The notes under the pieces are model-generated. The model did not search any database, had not been told where the DNA came from, and saw only the letters and a list, made by a program, of their open reading frames with translations. The position numbers and the translations under genes are program-made. From the NCBI GenBank assembly GCA_036490295.1, contig DASXED010000032.1:2060-66059 (forward strand): DNA of 64,000 bases. The letters run 5' to 3'. This document shows, piece by piece, positions 62,637-64,000 of this stretch (its first letter is position 1; the number at the start of each line of letters is the position of its first letter). This stretch comes from Verrucomicrobiia bacterium (GTDB lineage: Bacteria; Verrucomicrobiota; Verrucomicrobiia; Limisphaerales; UBA11358).

Positions 62637-63149
62637 ATGCAGTGTTCCATTTGCAAAGAAAAACCGGCCACCGTGCATCTGACCCAGATCGTGGGCGACA
62701 AGATGCAGAAGCTGGATTTGTGCGAGGATTGCGCCAAGACCAAGGGCGTCAATGATCCGTCGGGCTTCGCGCTGGCGGACATCATGCTCGGACTCGGCGC
62801 GGCGCAGGAAGTCGAGCAGGCGGTCGGCACGGATCTGAAATGCCCGCGCTGCGGTTTTTCGCAGGCGGATTTCAAGAAGTCCGGCCGGCTCGGCTGCCCG
62901 GAATGTTACAAGACGTTCGCGGAAGGCCTGGGCGGCCTGCTCAAGACGATGCACAAAGGCACGCGGCACACGGGCAAGTCGCCGGAAGCGTTGCGCGTGT
63001 CGCGGGAAAATTCCGACCGGCTCAAGACATTGCAGAAAAAATTGAACAAAGCGATTGAATCGGAAAATTTCGAGGAAGCGGCGCAGTTGCGGGATGAACT
63101 GAAGAAAATCAACGAGCGTCCGGCCACGCCGACAAATCTGGCACGATGA
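62637..63149 (+). CDS. mcsA: protein arginine kinase activator McsA (UvrB/UvrC-motif protein)
   Basis: 170 aa with the zinc motifs CSICKEKPA...CEDC and CPRCG...CPECY. A C-terminal UVR motif reads FEEAAQLRDELKKI. Confidence 0.85.
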   Translation: MQCSICKEKPATVHLTQIVGDKMQKLDLCEDCAKTKGVNDPSGFALADIMLGLGAAQEVEQAVGTDLKCPRCGFSQADFKKSGRLGCPECYKTFAEGLGGLLKTMHKGTRHTGKSPEALRVSRENSDRLKTLQKKLNKAIESENFEEAAQLRDELKKINERPATPTNLAR

Positions 63150-64000
63150 AAGACCTGCACACATTTCTTTCGCCGCCGGCGGAAACGGCTCGTCGTCACG
63201 GGCCGCATGACCGTATTGTGATGTCGAGTCGCGTTCGCCTCGCGCGCAATCTGAAGGACGCGGCGTTTCCCGGCTGGGCGAAAAAGCCGGAGCGCGTGAA
63301 AATTTTGGAGACGATCCGTCCCGCCGTCGAAAGCCTGCCGGAGATGAAGGATGCTTTTTCCGAGGCGATGGATAATCTTGGCGCGCTCGACAAACAGATT
63401 CTCGTCGAGCGCCATCTCATCAGCCGCGAGCACGCCGCGAAAAGTTCCGGCAGCGGCCTCGTCTTGAACCGCGAGGAAACGTTTTGCGTGATGATCAACG
63501 AGGAAGATCATCTGCGGATGCAGGCGTTGCGTCCGGGCTTGCAATTGAGGCAGGCATGGAACGCGATCGACCATCTGGATTCCGAGCTGGAGAAGAAACT
63601 GGATTACGCCTTCGACGGCGATCTCGGCTACCTGACCGCGTGCCCGACGAATCTCGGCACGGGCATCCGCGTGAGCGCGATGTTGCATCTGCCCGGGCTT
63701 GTTCTTGGCGAGCAGATCAATCCCATCATCCAATCCGTCAACAAGCTCGGCCTGGCCGTGCGCGGACTTTACGGCGAAGGCACGGAGGCGCTCGGCAATG
63801 TTTTTCAAGTTTCAAATCAAATGACGCTCGGCGAAAACGAACCGGCCATCGTCGAGCGGCTGGAAAAAGTCTTGTCGCAGATCATCGAGCACGAGGAGAA
63901 CGCGCGGCAGACGTTACTGGAGAAAAAGACGAAGGTGGTCTTCAACCACATCGGGCGCGCCTATGGCATTCTGGCGAACGCGCATAGCATTTCGTCGAAG
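63146..64000 (+). CDS. mcsB: protein arginine kinase McsB (ATP:guanido phosphotransferase), 3'-truncated by the window end
   Basis: I translated this frame by hand from the ATG at 63146 (ATGA overlap with mcsA). Motifs are SSRVRLARNL, NEEDHLRMQ and the CPTNLGTGIRVSAMLHLP signature. The frame stays open to position 64000. Confidence 0.9.
   Translation, partial: MKDLHTFLSPPAETARRHGPHDRIVMSSRVRLARNLKDAAFPGWAKKPERVKILETIRPAVESLPEMKDAFSEAMDNLGALDKQILVERHLISREHAAKSSGSGLVLNREETFCVMINEEDHLRMQALRPGLQLRQAWNAIDHLDSELEKKLDYAFDGDLGYLTACPTNLGTGIRVSAMLHLPGLVLGEQINPIIQSVNKLGLAVRGLYGEGTEALGNVFQVSNQMTLGENEPAIVERLEKVLSQIIEHEENARQTLLEKKTKVVFNHIGRAYGILANAHSISSK

Overview
This is a GC-rich chromosomal window, with roughly 55-60% G+C by eye in most lines. 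It most likely comes from a Verrucomicrobia-type (PVC superphylum) bacterium. That placement is an inference from four features: a 1675-aa autotransporter-associated beta-strand-repeat protein, an H-X9-DG pseudopilin remnant, a DUF1573-cytochrome c protein, and a divergent FtsZ.

Gene content, left to right:
- The aceE-aceF-lpdA pyruvate dehydrogenase operon, with a divergent lipoate-ligase-like gene.
- aspA, a DCC-thiol oxidoreductase/lipase-maturation-factor fusion, a YfhO-like membrane protein, a TrmH methyltransferase, a GT2 glycosyltransferase and tRNA-Ala.
- A long minus-strand dcw cluster: mraZ, orf168, rsmH, ftsL, ftsI, murF, orf109, mraY, LysM lipoprotein, ftsW, murG, murB, vapBC, HAD-fusion orf, ddl, ftsQ, ftsA, ftsZ.
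- queA, a ribD-C-like gene, the giant repeat protein, leuA, a DUF1573/cytochrome c gene and bioB.
- A small accessory islet: truncated TraT-like lipoprotein, small membrane protein, XRE regulator and phd-relE.
- An MBL hydrolase, a 1429-aa sedolisin with Ig-like domains, tilS, rpsO, pnp, a TPR lipoprotein and a DUF362-like gene.
- tRNA-Glu, ilvE, a DUF4160/DUF2442 module, and mcsA-mcsB (partial).

The three most unusual signals:
1. A diverse family of paired-hairpin palindromic elements with AGTGG...CCACT-type termini. They sit in intergenic DNA and also, in-frame and translated, inside at least seven genes, including murF (two copies), murG (two copies) and tilS.
2. Two unrelated toxin-antitoxin cassettes (vapBC and phd-relE), each bracketed by a diverged direct duplication of the 3' coding end of the upstream host gene (murB and the MBL hydrolase gene).
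3. A dcw cluster that lacks murE, murD and murC but has picked up AT-rich orphan genes.

Everything here rests on reading the sequence and ORF translations by eye. No database search, folding or statistics could be run.
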